Shown one piece after another: positions 41,674 through 51,530 of a stretch of DNA of 64,000 nt. Made by a program: the position numbers and the translations under genes. Positions within the stretch are counted from its first letter, which is position 1. The number at the start of each line of letters is the position of its first letter. Source of the DNA: a bacterium (GTDB lineage: Bacteria > Patescibacteriota > Dojkabacteria > JAKAPS01); contig JAKAPS010000002.1 of the NCBI GenBank assembly GCA_021806925.1, forward strand, positions 1,751 to 65,750. The letters are read 5' to 3'. The notes below the pieces were generated by a model. That model was not told the origin of the DNA and searched no databases. It saw only the letters and a list, made by a program, of their open reading frames with translations.

Positions 41674-44600
41674 TCATTTCTCAATGATTAGTTGTATAAA
41701 TCTGGATGTTTTCACTTTTTCTGTAACCCCCCTTATTTTATAGAACCATACATAAAGAATTGGAGTTACAAATAGACTTAATATTCCAGAAACGAGTATC
41801 CCTGAAATTACAACAACACTTAGACCTCTCCATAATGGAGAGATAACTGCAAGAGGTAGAAGGCTACTTAAAGCAGTTATCTTTGTTAGGAAAATAGGTC
41901 TAAATCGTATACCAGTTGAAAGTGAGATTGCCTCTTTAGGACTTAGTCCTTCATTAATTACTTTTTTGTTTGCTAAGTCAATTACAAATATTCCTACATT
42001 TTCTACAATACCTATTAATGTTAGTATTCCTAGCATCTCAAGAAAACCTAGCTGACCGCTATTAAAGAAGTAAAGTGATGGAAATATTCCAATAAACGTT
42101 AGTGGAACTGCAAATACGATTATGAATGGTTGAAGAAAACTTTTGAAGAATAGTACGAAGCATATATATGTTGCAAATAAAGATATAAGTATAGCTATTC
42201 CTAGTTGTGTGAATGATTTTGTTATATCGCTTGCACTGCCTAATTGATTTAATGAATCAGTATTTAAGTTATATTTTTTTAATCTACTACTTGTCCAATA
42301 GCTATATATCTTGTTTTGTATCTGCAATATATTTGCGTTCTTTGTGGTTGCAATATTTACACTTATATATCTTTCACCATTAAAATGAGATATAACTGAA
42401 GAATTAGTTGTAACATTCTGAATAGCTCCAAGGCTATTTAAATTAACATTATAGTTTTTTCCATAATTTAAGCTTATAGAGTTAGGATTTTGAACATTTA
42501 CTGGTATTGAGTTACTTGACTCTAAATACACAGGAATATAGCTATTTAATGTCGTATCTGTAAGGTTTCCCAAGCTCTGAGATTTTGAATATATTGATTG
42601 TAATTCCGATCCGATTATTATTGAATTTTCTGCATTCTGAGAATTTGGTGTGAATTCTAATTGATTTAGGCTACTTGAACTTATATTTACCTTATTAACT
42701 CCATTTAGTTTCAATGCAAGTTCTTTAGTTTTTTCAGCTACATTTGAAATATCATTTAAATTATTTCCGTATATATTAACACTTATTGAATACTCTAAGG
42801 CAGGTGGGCTATCTTGTATTTGAGATATAAATAAATCACCTGTTAAGGTCTTTTGTAATTCCTTAGAATATATATCGTCTGCAAGAGTGTAACTTGTTAT
42901 CGGTATATCTTGTTTAACAGAAATAAATATTGTTGCAGAAGTATCTGTTTGATTAATAAAGTAGTAAGATGAAATGTATGAAGAATTTTTGTTTATACTG
43001 TTTAGTAAATTATTAACATCATTTTGAAGTACTGAGTATTCCGTTCCTTGATTCTCTGTTAGACTCAATTCAATGTACTGACTTGTTGACTGACTTGAAA
43101 ATTGCTCAGGTAGTATTAAATCTTTTGCAAAGAAGAAATATGAAAGTAATAATGGAACTGATAATGCAAGTACAACTATTAATATCTGAAGATATATCTT
43201 TGATAGAATATATCTATTTGTTTTTATAATCCATTTAGAAACATTCCATAAGTTCTCTTCATCTGGACTCACATTTGTTGTATTTTTATATTTTGAATCC
43301 TTTGTGGTATTCTTCCCTTTCATAAATAGGCTTCCAAAATAAGCAAGGAAAATTACAGGTATAAAATATGAAGCTACAAGTGCAGGCAGGACAGTTAAAG
43401 GAATGTAGCTTATTATTTGTCCGAAGAATCCTGTTACAACACCAAATGGGATAAATACTATTATTGATGTGAGTACAGCCATAAATACTCCTCCGCCGAT
43501 ATTTTTTATTGCAGTCTCACCAGCATCAAATCCATTGTATCCTAAATCTTTGTATCTTTGTATTGATTCAAGTACAACAATTGCTGGATCAACAATTAAT
43601 CCAAGTACTAATATAAATGAGAACAGTACAATAGTATTTAGATTTGTATTTGTTAAATACAAGTATATAAGGGAAAAGCTAAATGAAAGAGGTATTGATA
43701 AAAATCCGATTAATGCTGTTCTTACATTTATGAATAATAACAGAGCGAGTATAAGTAGCCAAAGACCGCCAAATATCCACCCTATCCAACCCCATGATTT
43801 TAGTTGAGAAATATTTCCACCAATTGCACTTGATACAACTTCTGATATCTGCGATTTTGTTGATGAAGCTTCATTGTATACATTCTTGATTATTAAATTA
43901 TTTGGTAATTGATTTGTACTATACAGATTATTAATTGTATTGTTTAATTCATTCTCTACAGTTAATATATTCTGACTGCTGGATATAGTTACTCCATAAA
44001 TTAATGCTTGGTCTGTTATGAATTTACCGTTATTAATTACACCGACTGTATTAAATGATTGTGATGCGTTATACCCTTCTGTAGCAGTTGCGACTTGGGA
44101 TAACTTTACATATGAATTTGTTTTAGCAGAGAATATTTGAATATTTTCAATGTCAGAAATGCTTCTTACACTTGGCATAACAACAAAATTACTTTTACTT
44201 GAATTCTCATATATACTACCTACTGGAATTTCTGTTAGTGATGCACTTATAACACTGCTGAGTTGGGACTGTGTTAATCCATAGTTATTTAATTCGTCCT
44301 GGTTATATTGTACTGTAACATGAGGAGATATATCTGATTCAAGAGATATGTTTTCAACTCCATTAATGTTTTGAATACTTGTAGATAATGTGTTCCCGTA
44401 GTTTAGTAAATTATCATAACTAAAGTTTCGATTATTATTTCCATTCTTAAGAATTGCAAATACAAATTGATTTCCGCTTGTTTGAGGTATAAACACAATT
44501 GGTTTATTTGCTCCATTTGGTAACTCTACAGTATTAATAAGATTTTCAATACTTGATACTGAGGTTTCTGTATTTGCATTTGTTCTAAGTAATATATTTA

Positions 44601-44892
44601 TTGATGATACACCACTATATGAATTTGATGTATATTGATTTATATATGATTGTCCTTTGATTGCATTCTCAAGTTTATCTGTTAATGTTGATTCAACTTC
44701 AAGAGGGCTTGCACCAGGAAAAGTTGTAGTGATTACAACTTCATTTATATTAATATTGGGGAAACCAGATGGCTTCAAAAGAAAACTCAAAAGAATTCCA
44801 GATGTTATTAATGTTACTAACCCTAGGATAACTAGATAGTGGTTATTTTTGAATAATCTAAACAGCCATAAATTGAAATTGAATTTTTCCAT
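41674..44892 (-). CDS. RND (AcrB/AcrD/AcrF-like) transporter permease
   Basis: FP...PGASP.EVE..LT..LE, IPLS, LN..VL....LVLGLIVD.AIVV.E, RFRPIFLT and LSLFVTPILY; two large extracellular loops. Confidence 0.9.
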   Translation of the reverse strand: MEKFNFNLWLFRLFKNNHYLVILGLVTLITSGILLSFLLKPSGFPNININEVVITTTFPGASPLEVESTLTDKLENAIKGQSYINQYTSNSYSGVSSINILLRTNANTETSVSSIENLINTVELPNGANKPIVFIPQTSGNQFVFAILKNGNNNRNFSYDNLLNYGNTLSTSIQNINGVENISLESDISPHVTVQYNQDELNNYGLTQSQLSSVISASLTEIPVGSIYENSSKSNFVVMPSVRSISDIENIQIFSAKTNSYVKLSQVATATEGYNASQSFNTVGVINNGKFITDQALIYGVTISSSQNILTVENELNNTINNLYSTNQLPNNLIIKNVYNEASSTKSQISEVVSSAIGGNISQLKSWGWIGWIFGGLWLLILALLLFINVRTALIGFLSIPLSFSFSLIYLYLTNTNLNTIVLFSFILVLGLIVDPAIVVLESIQRYKDLGYNGFDAGETAIKNIGGGVFMAVLTSIIVFIPFGVVTGFFGQIISYIPLTVLPALVASYFIPVIFLAYFGSLFMKGKNTTKDSKYKNTTNVSPDEENLWNVSKWIIKTNRYILSKIYLQILIVVLALSVPLLLSYFFFAKDLILPEQFSSQSTSQYIELSLTENQGTEYSVLQNDVNNLLNSINKNSSYISSYYFINQTDTSATIFISVKQDIPITSYTLADDIYSKELQKTLTGDLFISQIQDSPPALEYSISVNIYGNNLNDISNVAEKTKELALKLNGVNKVNISSSSLNQLEFTPNSQNAENSIIIGSELQSIYSKSQSLGNLTDTTLNSYIPVYLESSNSIPVNVQNPNSISLNYGKNYNVNLNSLGAIQNVTTNSSVISHFNGERYISVNIATTKNANILQIQNKIYSYWTSSRLKKYNLNTDSLNQLGSASDITKSFTQLGIAILISLFATYICFVLFFKSFLQPFIIVFAVPLTFIGIFPSLYFFNSGQLGFLEMLGILTLIGIVENVGIFVIDLANKKVINEGLSPKEAISLSTGIRFRPIFLTKITALSSLLPLAVISPLWRGLSVVVISGILVSGILSLFVTPILYVWFYKIRGVTEKVKTSRFIQLIIEK

Positions 44893-44926
44893 TATTAAAT
44901 ATTACATATTATTTAAATATATTTTT

Positions 44927-45769
44927 CTAATTATAAAAATAGGTGCTAAAATCAGTTCTGAATTTTCCTATATCATTTCTCAATGACATTATATCATTGT
45001 TGTTTTTGGAAAATAAACTTTGTATATTTGAAAAGTTTCTATTTCCAGAATTTGTAAATTGTATTGTATTTACGTCTCCAGTAAGATTTATTAAATCAGT
45101 ATCGAATGTTGTTAAGTCATTGTTATATTTCTCTAAATCATTATTAAGTATTAATATATCTGCTGCATTACTTTTTATTGTAGATGTGGTATTTTCTGTC
45201 TTCAAATACATAATAATATCACTCATGTTTGTAGCATTACTATTAAATATATTTGATGAGTTATTTAGAAAATCTATCCTATAAAGCATATGAATTTTTG
45301 GAATTTCAATTTCATTTATATAGTAATCTGTGACTATATTTTTCACTAGTGGAAGTAGTGAATTATCTATTTCAGAGTTGTCAGATACAGAAAGTGATTG
45401 TATCTTATTATTTAATGCTTCTAAATTTGTTATGTCACTTTGAAGTTGTGATATTAGAGGTGAAGTCATTGTAGTATCATCATTTAGTAAGTTTGAAGAA
45501 TTAATGTATGAAATTAAAGAATTTAGGTTATTTGTTCTTTCAGTAACTAGTGTGCTTGCAGTTTCCTTTATTTTTTCTTCCCGAATATTAGTTGAATTAT
45601 TATTTGCCACACTATTTGTAATTGGTGTACTCTGTATTCCACTATTTGCATGAACAAAGAAATATGCAGAAAACAATCTGGATAATATAAATGGGAATGA
45701 AATAAGGAAAATTGAAATGGCAATGAATACTGAAAAGGATAATATTGATTTTGATATTTTCTTTTTCAT
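44927..45769 (-). CDS. Membrane-anchored helical/coiled-coil protein
   Basis: N-terminal TM helix, amphipathic heptad pattern; co-oriented directly upstream of the RND gene. Confidence 0.65.
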   Translation of the reverse strand: MKKKISKSILSFSVFIAISIFLISFPFILSRLFSAYFFVHANSGIQSTPITNSVANNNSTNIREEKIKETASTLVTERTNNLNSLISYINSSNLLNDDTTMTSPLISQLQSDITNLEALNNKIQSLSVSDNSEIDNSLLPLVKNIVTDYYINEIEIPKIHMLYRIDFLNNSSNIFNSNATNMSDIIMYLKTENTTSTIKSNAADILILNNDLEKYNNDLTTFDTDLINLTGDVNTIQFTNSGNRNFSNIQSLFSKNNNDIMSLRNDIGKFRTDFSTYFYN

Positions 45770-46200
45770 AGATTATTTATATTTTGAAGTGTGTTTGATG
45801 AATTTAATGATGAGGTAAAATTCTGATTCAAATTTGACAAGTCAGAATTACTTTGATTGTATATCTCTTCACTTGATGAATACATTATATTAAGAGTGTT
45901 TAATGCTCCTACAATTGTCGAAGGCTCCATTGGATTTAATAAAACACTTGTTTGTACTTGTGTCTGAGTTATTACAGATGTTTTATTATTCTTAATTACT
46001 TTTCTTTCATTAGTGATATAGTGTAGAATAAAAAGAGCACAAACAATTACAGCTGCACCAAAAACTATTACAAGAACAGATACAGTAATTGCGTTATTAC
46101 TGTTTTTTAATGGAATTACATCATCCTGTTCAGGTTGTTCATCTGTTAATGATAACTCCCCTATCGTTTTATCTTGTAAATTATTATTGTCTTCAATCAT
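45766..46200 (-). CDS. Single-pass membrane protein
   Basis: One TM segment; ATGA overlap with the next gene. Confidence 0.6.
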   Translation of the reverse strand: MIEDNNNLQDKTIGELSLTDEQPEQDDVIPLKNSNNAITVSVLVIVFGAAVIVCALFILHYITNERKVIKNNKTSVITQTQVQTSVLLNPMEPSTIVGALNTLNIMYSSSEEIYNQSNSDLSNLNQNFTSSLNSSNTLQNINNL

Positions 46201-46219
46201 TGAACTCTATACAACTCTA

Positions 46220-46248
46220 GTATTACATAGAGTGTTTGATGGTGTCAA
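46220..46248 (-). promoter_or_regulatory. Putative promoter of the RND operon
   Basis: TTGACA (46243-48) - 17 nt - TAATAC (46220-25); overlapped by ACTCTA-N8-TAGAGT. Confidence 0.45.
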
Positions 46249-46368
46249 AAAGATGTTTCTTTTGAGAGACTTATAACTCATTATTGTGATCACAAATTGC
46301 TTTATTCAATTTGTCGCAGAATTCTAAGTAATGCTCTTGGTTATTGTCTAAATTTATGTAAAAAGATA

Positions 46369-46860
46369 TTAAGGAAGTTCAGCAAATGACTTTTTACATT
46401 TGAAATGTGAAAATAAATAGCTCATAGCATGCGAATCATTTTTGCTACTACCATTAATTGAAATGACAAATAGATTTTTTAATTGTTTATCTGAAAAATT
46501 ACACATTGAAGAAAAAATATTACATATATAATTCTTTCCTTTTGGGCAATGAAATATTAAAGATGATCCGTCTTTAAATTTCTTTTCATAGTACCAAAGT
46601 TCATTATTATCGTTTGAAACATTAAAGGTTGAGCATTTCTCATTTATATCTACATTTCTGAATGTATGAAGAATTAATGTTTCATTGTTAAATAAAGTAA
46701 ATACACTTGGTCTTCCAGTCAAGAATATGAATTTATTGTCTGTTTCTAATTCTTCACTATAATTAATTTTAAGGGCAATTACAGGTTTAAATAGGTCTTC
46801 CCATTTCTCCTTAACTTTATGAAGTAATTCATTTTGTGAATGTTTGTTTTCCACCGCCAT
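46369..46860 (-). CDS. Hypothetical protein
   Basis: 163-aa ORF in a co-oriented run; no motif recognised. Confidence 0.55.
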   Translation of the reverse strand: MAVENKHSQNELLHKVKEKWEDLFKPVIALKINYSEELETDNKFIFLTGRPSVFTLFNNETLILHTFRNVDINEKCSTFNVSNDNNELWYYEKKFKDGSSLIFHCPKGKNYICNIFSSMCNFSDKQLKNLFVISINGSSKNDSHAMSYLFSHFKCKKSFAELP

Positions 46861-46919
46861 AATATTAGCTTGGATCTTAACGTTTTTTTTATTCTATGTC
46901 AAGTACTCAAATAATGGTT

Positions 46920-48053
46920 TCAATTAATCCATGTAATTCTGGATATTGAGGATAGATTTGAAAGGTTTGTAATAAATCGTGTTCCACTGATTACAGGAAT
47001 TGGATTACCGTTATTATCGACTGATATTCTGAAATTAGCTATTGCAATATTAAAATAACCATTCTGATCTGCTTTTATCCATGCCACTTCACTTTCATCA
47101 GGTGAAAATATTGGCATAGCATCAACAGCATTCTTATCAACAAGTATTTTGTTATTGAATTCTGATGTAAATTCAGCCTCATAATTTGAATCATTAAGAT
47201 TATTAATGTTGAATGGCATTATATATATACTAGTTGTTGAATTTGAAATTGAGTTTGTGTCTCTTTCTGCAAATATAATGTACTTACCGTCAGGTGAAAA
47301 TGATGGATTTAATATTCCACTTCCTTCAGGAGTAATGCTTACTGTATTTCCTGTGAGTGAATCATACAATACTAAATGAGAAAGTGGCTGAGGTGTATTG
47401 TTAAGATATGTATATCTACAGTAAAGTATATATCTGTTTGTTCCGTCAGGATAATATATTGGGTCTTGATCTCCTCCTGTGTATGGGTTAGGGTTGGATA
47501 TCTTTGTTCCAATTGATTTATATGTATTATTAGAAGGGATTTTGTATACGCCTAAATCAAATACTCCGTTTATAAATTTACCTGCATCTGAGAGATATAG
47601 GATGTTATTGTTATATTCATATGGATCAAAAGCCCATAAATTGTTGTCAAATACACTTGAAGAATTATTAGTTATCTGTGTTTCACTTCCAGTATTCAAA
47701 TTTAATGAAAAAAGGTCAGAATAATTTGTGTACTTTTTTACTATGATTGCCTGACTGCTAGAATATACAAATGATTGATATATATCCCCTACTGAAGTTA
47801 TTTCTTTAGTCTGGTCTCCTGAAATCTTGTATATATCACCATTGTTAAGAATATATATGCTTCCATTTATTGAATATGGTTGTATTGAATATGTAATCTT
47901 TGGAACTCCTATTTTAAAGAATTTATATAGTTTATATCCTAAAATCCCTATTGTTGAAATAATAGCGAGTAATATAACTATGAGAGTAGCGCGTAATATA
48001 ACTTTGATATAATTACGTTTTTTTTCTGTCCTTGGGTAGTTAGTTACTTCCAT
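46920..48053 (-). CDS. TolB-like (PD40/WD40-like) beta-propeller membrane protein
   Basis: N-terminal TM helix; repeats DP.YYPDG, NPSFSPDGKYIIF, MPIFSPD.SEVAW. Confidence 0.8.
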   Translation of the reverse strand: MEVTNYPRTEKKRNYIKVILRATLIVILLAIISTIGILGYKLYKFFKIGVPKITYSIQPYSINGSIYILNNGDIYKISGDQTKEITSVGDIYQSFVYSSSQAIIVKKYTNYSDLFSLNLNTGSETQITNNSSSVFDNNLWAFDPYEYNNNILYLSDAGKFINGVFDLGVYKIPSNNTYKSIGTKISNPNPYTGGDQDPIYYPDGTNRYILYCRYTYLNNTPQPLSHLVLYDSLTGNTVSITPEGSGILNPSFSPDGKYIIFAERDTNSISNSTTSIYIMPFNINNLNDSNYEAEFTSEFNNKILVDKNAVDAMPIFSPDESEVAWIKADQNGYFNIAIANFRISVDNNGNPIPVISGTRFITNLSNLSSISRITWIN

Positions 48054-49086
48054 ATATTTGACTAAATATTGAATTTATAGCCTGCATATTAGGATATACA
48101 ACATCTTGTTGTCCATTTGGGCTTACACCATCTGAAGAATATGTAGGAGGTGATAGAATTACTTTCTCTATACTGTACTGCTTTATATTTGCTAAAACTG
48201 GTAATAAGCCAGTTATTTCCTGAACTGTCATATCAGTTCTAACATACCCATTAAGATCATTTGCTATTTCAGGAATTTTTGAGATTAAATTAAAATCCTG
48301 TATTTTTTTCTCTAAAGTTAATAGAACCTGTTGTTGCCTTGCACTTCTTCCAAAGTCACCAAGTAAATCACCATGTCTCGATCGAACATATTCTAGTGCA
48401 GTTATTCCATCCAGGTGTTGAAGGCCTGCAGGTATATATAGCCTAATTGATGAATATGGATTTGAACCTGATATATCATTAGGGTAATTATAGTCAACTA
48501 CTGGATGATTTACATCAATGTTTATACCACCGAAAGTATCAATAACTTTTACAAAACCTGTTAACCCTACCCATGCATAATTATCTATTTTTATGTTAAA
48601 GTCACTTTCAATAGTTGATATAGTTAAGCCAAATCCACCATAACCACTCACTTCATCAAGTTTTGCATATCCACCAGATACACCATTAACAGGTATCCAG
48701 AAATCACGTGGCATTGATACAAGATATATTTTCTTTGTTGTATTGTTTAGAATAACAAGTATGTCAGTTTGAGTTAGTACATTATTTGGATCAAATTTAG
48801 CATCATTATCACTACCTAGAAGAAGAATAGTTTCAATATTATTTCCTGAATACTTATAGCTTTGGTTATTTGTTAATTTTGTGCTAACAGATTTGTTTGT
48901 AAATGATAGGAATATATATGTTGCATATATATAACTTCTGTAATAGTATCCTAAGATAGCAATAATTAATAAAGGAAGAAGAAATATAAATATACAGCCT
49001 AAATAATTTGTTCTTTTCTTTTTCCAATACCCTATCCTTTTATGCGAATCTACTTTTTCATTTATTGAATCAATATTTACAATCAT
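48040..49086 (-). CDS. LCP (LytR-CpsA-Psr) family protein
   Basis: TM helix, ILLLGSD, TD, VSMPRD, F...ID..GGI, LDG..AL.YVRSRH, DFGR.ARQQ. Confidence 0.92.
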   Translation of the reverse strand: MIVNIDSINEKVDSHKRIGYWKKKRTNYLGCIFIFLLPLLIIAILGYYYRSYIYATYIFLSFTNKSVSTKLTNNQSYKYSGNNIETILLLGSDNDAKFDPNNVLTQTDILVILNNTTKKIYLVSMPRDFWIPVNGVSGGYAKLDEVSGYGGFGLTISTIESDFNIKIDNYAWVGLTGFVKVIDTFGGINIDVNHPVVDYNYPNDISGSNPYSSIRLYIPAGLQHLDGITALEYVRSRHGDLLGDFGRSARQQQVLLTLEKKIQDFNLISKIPEIANDLNGYVRTDMTVQEITGLLPVLANIKQYSIEKVILSPPTYSSDGVSPNGQQDVVYPNMQAINSIFSQIYGSN

Positions 49087-51065
49087 TTCTTCTTCTTTTT
49101 CTTTATACTAGCAATTGTATCTCTTAGTTCTATTGCTTTTTCAAACTGCTGACTTCTTGCATAGGATAACATTTTTTCTTCAAGTTCTTCAAGATTTTTA
49201 TTTATATCTGTTTCATTAGCAGTTTCCTTTTTACTTTGAAGCGATAATTGACTACTTATTTCTTTCCTTACGCTTTGTGGGATGATGTTATTGTTATGAT
49301 TCCATTTCTCCTGAATCTCTCTCCTACGTTTTGTTTCTTCAATACAGTATTTCATTGAATCTGTAATTCTGTTTGCATACATGATTACTCTTCCATTTAT
49401 ATGCCTTGCTGCTCTTCCTGTTGTCTGTATTAGAGATGTCTTTGATCTTAAAAATCCCTCTTTGTCAGCATCAAGGATTGCAACAAGAGAAACTTCAGGC
49501 AAATCGAGGCCTTCTCTAAGTAGGTTTATTCCAATAACTACATCATATTCACCGAGCCTTAGATCATTTAATATTTCATTCCTTTTTATAGTTTCAACTT
49601 CAGAATGAATATATGTGCATTTTATTCCAAGTCCGAGTATATGGCTAGCCAGATCTTCAGACATTCTCTTTGTTAGTGTTGTAACAAGTACTCTTTCATT
49701 TTTTTGTATAGTGAATTGTATTTCCTTCAACAAATCTTTCACTTCATTGTCACTGCTTCTAACTTCTATAACAGGATCAAGTATTCCAGTAGGTCTAATT
49801 ATCTGTTCTGTATATACTTTATCTTTAGGATAATCAATCATTGCTTCTTTTAAGGAATCTTCAGCCAAGTTAAGTTCATATTCATTTGGAGTGGCAGACA
49901 TATATATACATTTGTTTATTCTTTCATTAAATTCATCAAACATTAGAGGTCTGTTATCAAGTGCACTCGGCAATCTGAATCCAAACCTGACCAGTGTTTC
50001 CTTCCTTTGTCTATCTCCTCTGTACATTGCCCTTATTTGAGGGATTGTAATATGAGATTCATCAATTATTAAAAGAAAATCATCTGGAAAATAATCAATT
50101 AAAGTTGAAGGACTACTTCCAACTTCTCTACCTTCTATTATAGACGAATAATTCTCAATTCCACTGCAATATCCTGTTTCTCTCATCAACTCAATATCAT
50201 AATTGGTTCTCTCTTCAATTCTTTGAGCTTCAATTAGTTTGTCTTCCCTTTTGAATTTTTGTACTTGCTCTTTTAATTGCTCCTCTATCTTTGGTATTGC
50301 ACTTAGTACCTTCTCTTGAGGCATTGCAAAGTGTTTACTTGGGAATATCTTAACCTTTTTTGGTGTAGCTAAAACTTCACCAGTTAATGGATTTGATATC
50401 AATATTTTTTCTATTGTGTCACCAAAAAAGACAATCTTATATATTTTCTCTTCATAGCTAGGAAATATATCAATTGTTTCACCAATTACTCTAAAAGTTC
50501 CACGAGTAAAATCTATATCATTCCTTAAATATTGACATATTTTCAGATCATTAAAAAGTCTCTTTCTTTTGTATTCTTTATCGAGCTCAATATCTATTGC
50601 AAGATTACTGTAGTCTTCAGGATCTCCTAATCCGTATATACACGAAACAGATGCAACAATAATACAGTCTCTTTGAGAAAGCAAGCTTGAAGTTGCAATA
50701 TTTCTATATTTTTCAATTTCTTCATTCACCTGACTTTCCTTTTCAATATATGTATCTGTTCTAGGAATATATGCTTCAGGTCTGTAATAGTCATAGTATG
50801 ATATGAAGTATCCTACTCTATTCTTTGGAAAAAACTGCATAAATTCTTCTGCAAGTTGAGCTGCTAGTGTTTTGTTATGTGCTATACACAAGACTGGTTT
50901 ATTGAATTTCTCAATTACGTTTGATATTGTATATGTCTTTCCTGTTCCTGTTGCTCCAAGTAAAACCTGATGTTTTACTCCAGAATTAAGCCTTAAAGAA
51001 AGTTCATTTATTGCTTGGGGCTGATCACCAGATGGAGAAAATTTTGATACTAATTTAAAGTTCAT
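49083..51065 (-). CDS. uvrB: Excinuclease ABC subunit B
   Basis: P.GDQP.AI, GATGTGKT, YYDYY.PEAY, DESH, RLPSA.DNRPL, GINLLREGLD, GRAAR. Start set at ATG 51065 because the longer ORF overlaps tRNA-Asp. Confidence 0.97.
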   Translation of the reverse strand: MNFKLVSKFSPSGDQPQAINELSLRLNSGVKHQVLLGATGTGKTYTISNVIEKFNKPVLCIAHNKTLAAQLAEEFMQFFPKNRVGYFISYYDYYRPEAYIPRTDTYIEKESQVNEEIEKYRNIATSSLLSQRDCIIVASVSCIYGLGDPEDYSNLAIDIELDKEYKRKRLFNDLKICQYLRNDIDFTRGTFRVIGETIDIFPSYEEKIYKIVFFGDTIEKILISNPLTGEVLATPKKVKIFPSKHFAMPQEKVLSAIPKIEEQLKEQVQKFKREDKLIEAQRIEERTNYDIELMRETGYCSGIENYSSIIEGREVGSSPSTLIDYFPDDFLLIIDESHITIPQIRAMYRGDRQRKETLVRFGFRLPSALDNRPLMFDEFNERINKCIYMSATPNEYELNLAEDSLKEAMIDYPKDKVYTEQIIRPTGILDPVIEVRSSDNEVKDLLKEIQFTIQKNERVLVTTLTKRMSEDLASHILGLGIKCTYIHSEVETIKRNEILNDLRLGEYDVVIGINLLREGLDLPEVSLVAILDADKEGFLRSKTSLIQTTGRAARHINGRVIMYANRITDSMKYCIEETKRRREIQEKWNHNNNIIPQSVRKEISSQLSLQSKKETANETDINKNLEELEEKMLSYARSQQFEKAIELRDTIASIKKKKKK

Positions 51066-51085
51066 TGAGTTAAAAGAACAAAGAA

Positions 51086-51160
51086 CGGTCGTAATGGGAT
51101 TCGAACCCATGATCTTTTCCGTGACAGGGAAACGTGTTAGACCAGCTACACCATACGACC
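51086..51160 (-). tRNA. tRNA-Asp(GTC)
   Basis: GGTCGTA acceptor stem, TTTCC-CTGTCAC-GGAAA anticodon arm, TTCGAAT T-loop, G73; CCA not encoded. Confidence 0.95.
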
Positions 51161-51203
51161 ATTACCCTTATGCAAGATATTATACATGACAGACCATATA
51201 CAA

Positions 51204-51276
51204 AGCAAGAGACGGGACTCGAACCCGCGATCTCTTCCTTGGGAAGGAAGCATTCTACCAACTGAACTACTCTTGC
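51204..51276 (-). tRNA. tRNA-Gly(CCC)
   Basis: GCAAGAG/CTCTTGC acceptor stem, CTTCC-TTCCCAA-GGAAG anticodon arm, TTCGAGT T-loop, U73; CCA not encoded. Confidence 0.95.
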
Positions 51277-51284
51277 AATTCACT

Positions 51285-51358
51285 AGCCGTTAGTGAGATT
51301 CGGACTCACGACCTCTGCTTTACGAAAGCATTGCTCTACCAAACTGAGCTACAACGGC
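51285..51358 (-). tRNA. tRNA-Thr(CGT)
   Basis: GCCGTTG/TAACGGC acceptor stem, GCTC/GAGC D-stem, TTCGTAA anticodon loop; atypical TCCGAAT T-loop. Confidence 0.9.
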
Positions 51359-51530
51359 AAAACAACAACTTTTCAACTCACTTATTCTTATATCATTAGT
51401 GTTATATAGGTGTCAATTAATACAGCTGAAATATGAAATAAGAGTTGTAGATGTTTATCTTTTAGTGGAAAATTATATAGAATTCAATAAATGTATTGTT
51501 TTTATATGATTTATATGGTAAATAGATTGG

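Noticed and set aside
51070-51261. 63-aa ORF, and the uvrB extension to 51110
   Set aside because: Both overlap tRNA genes; they are spurious translations of tRNA sequence.
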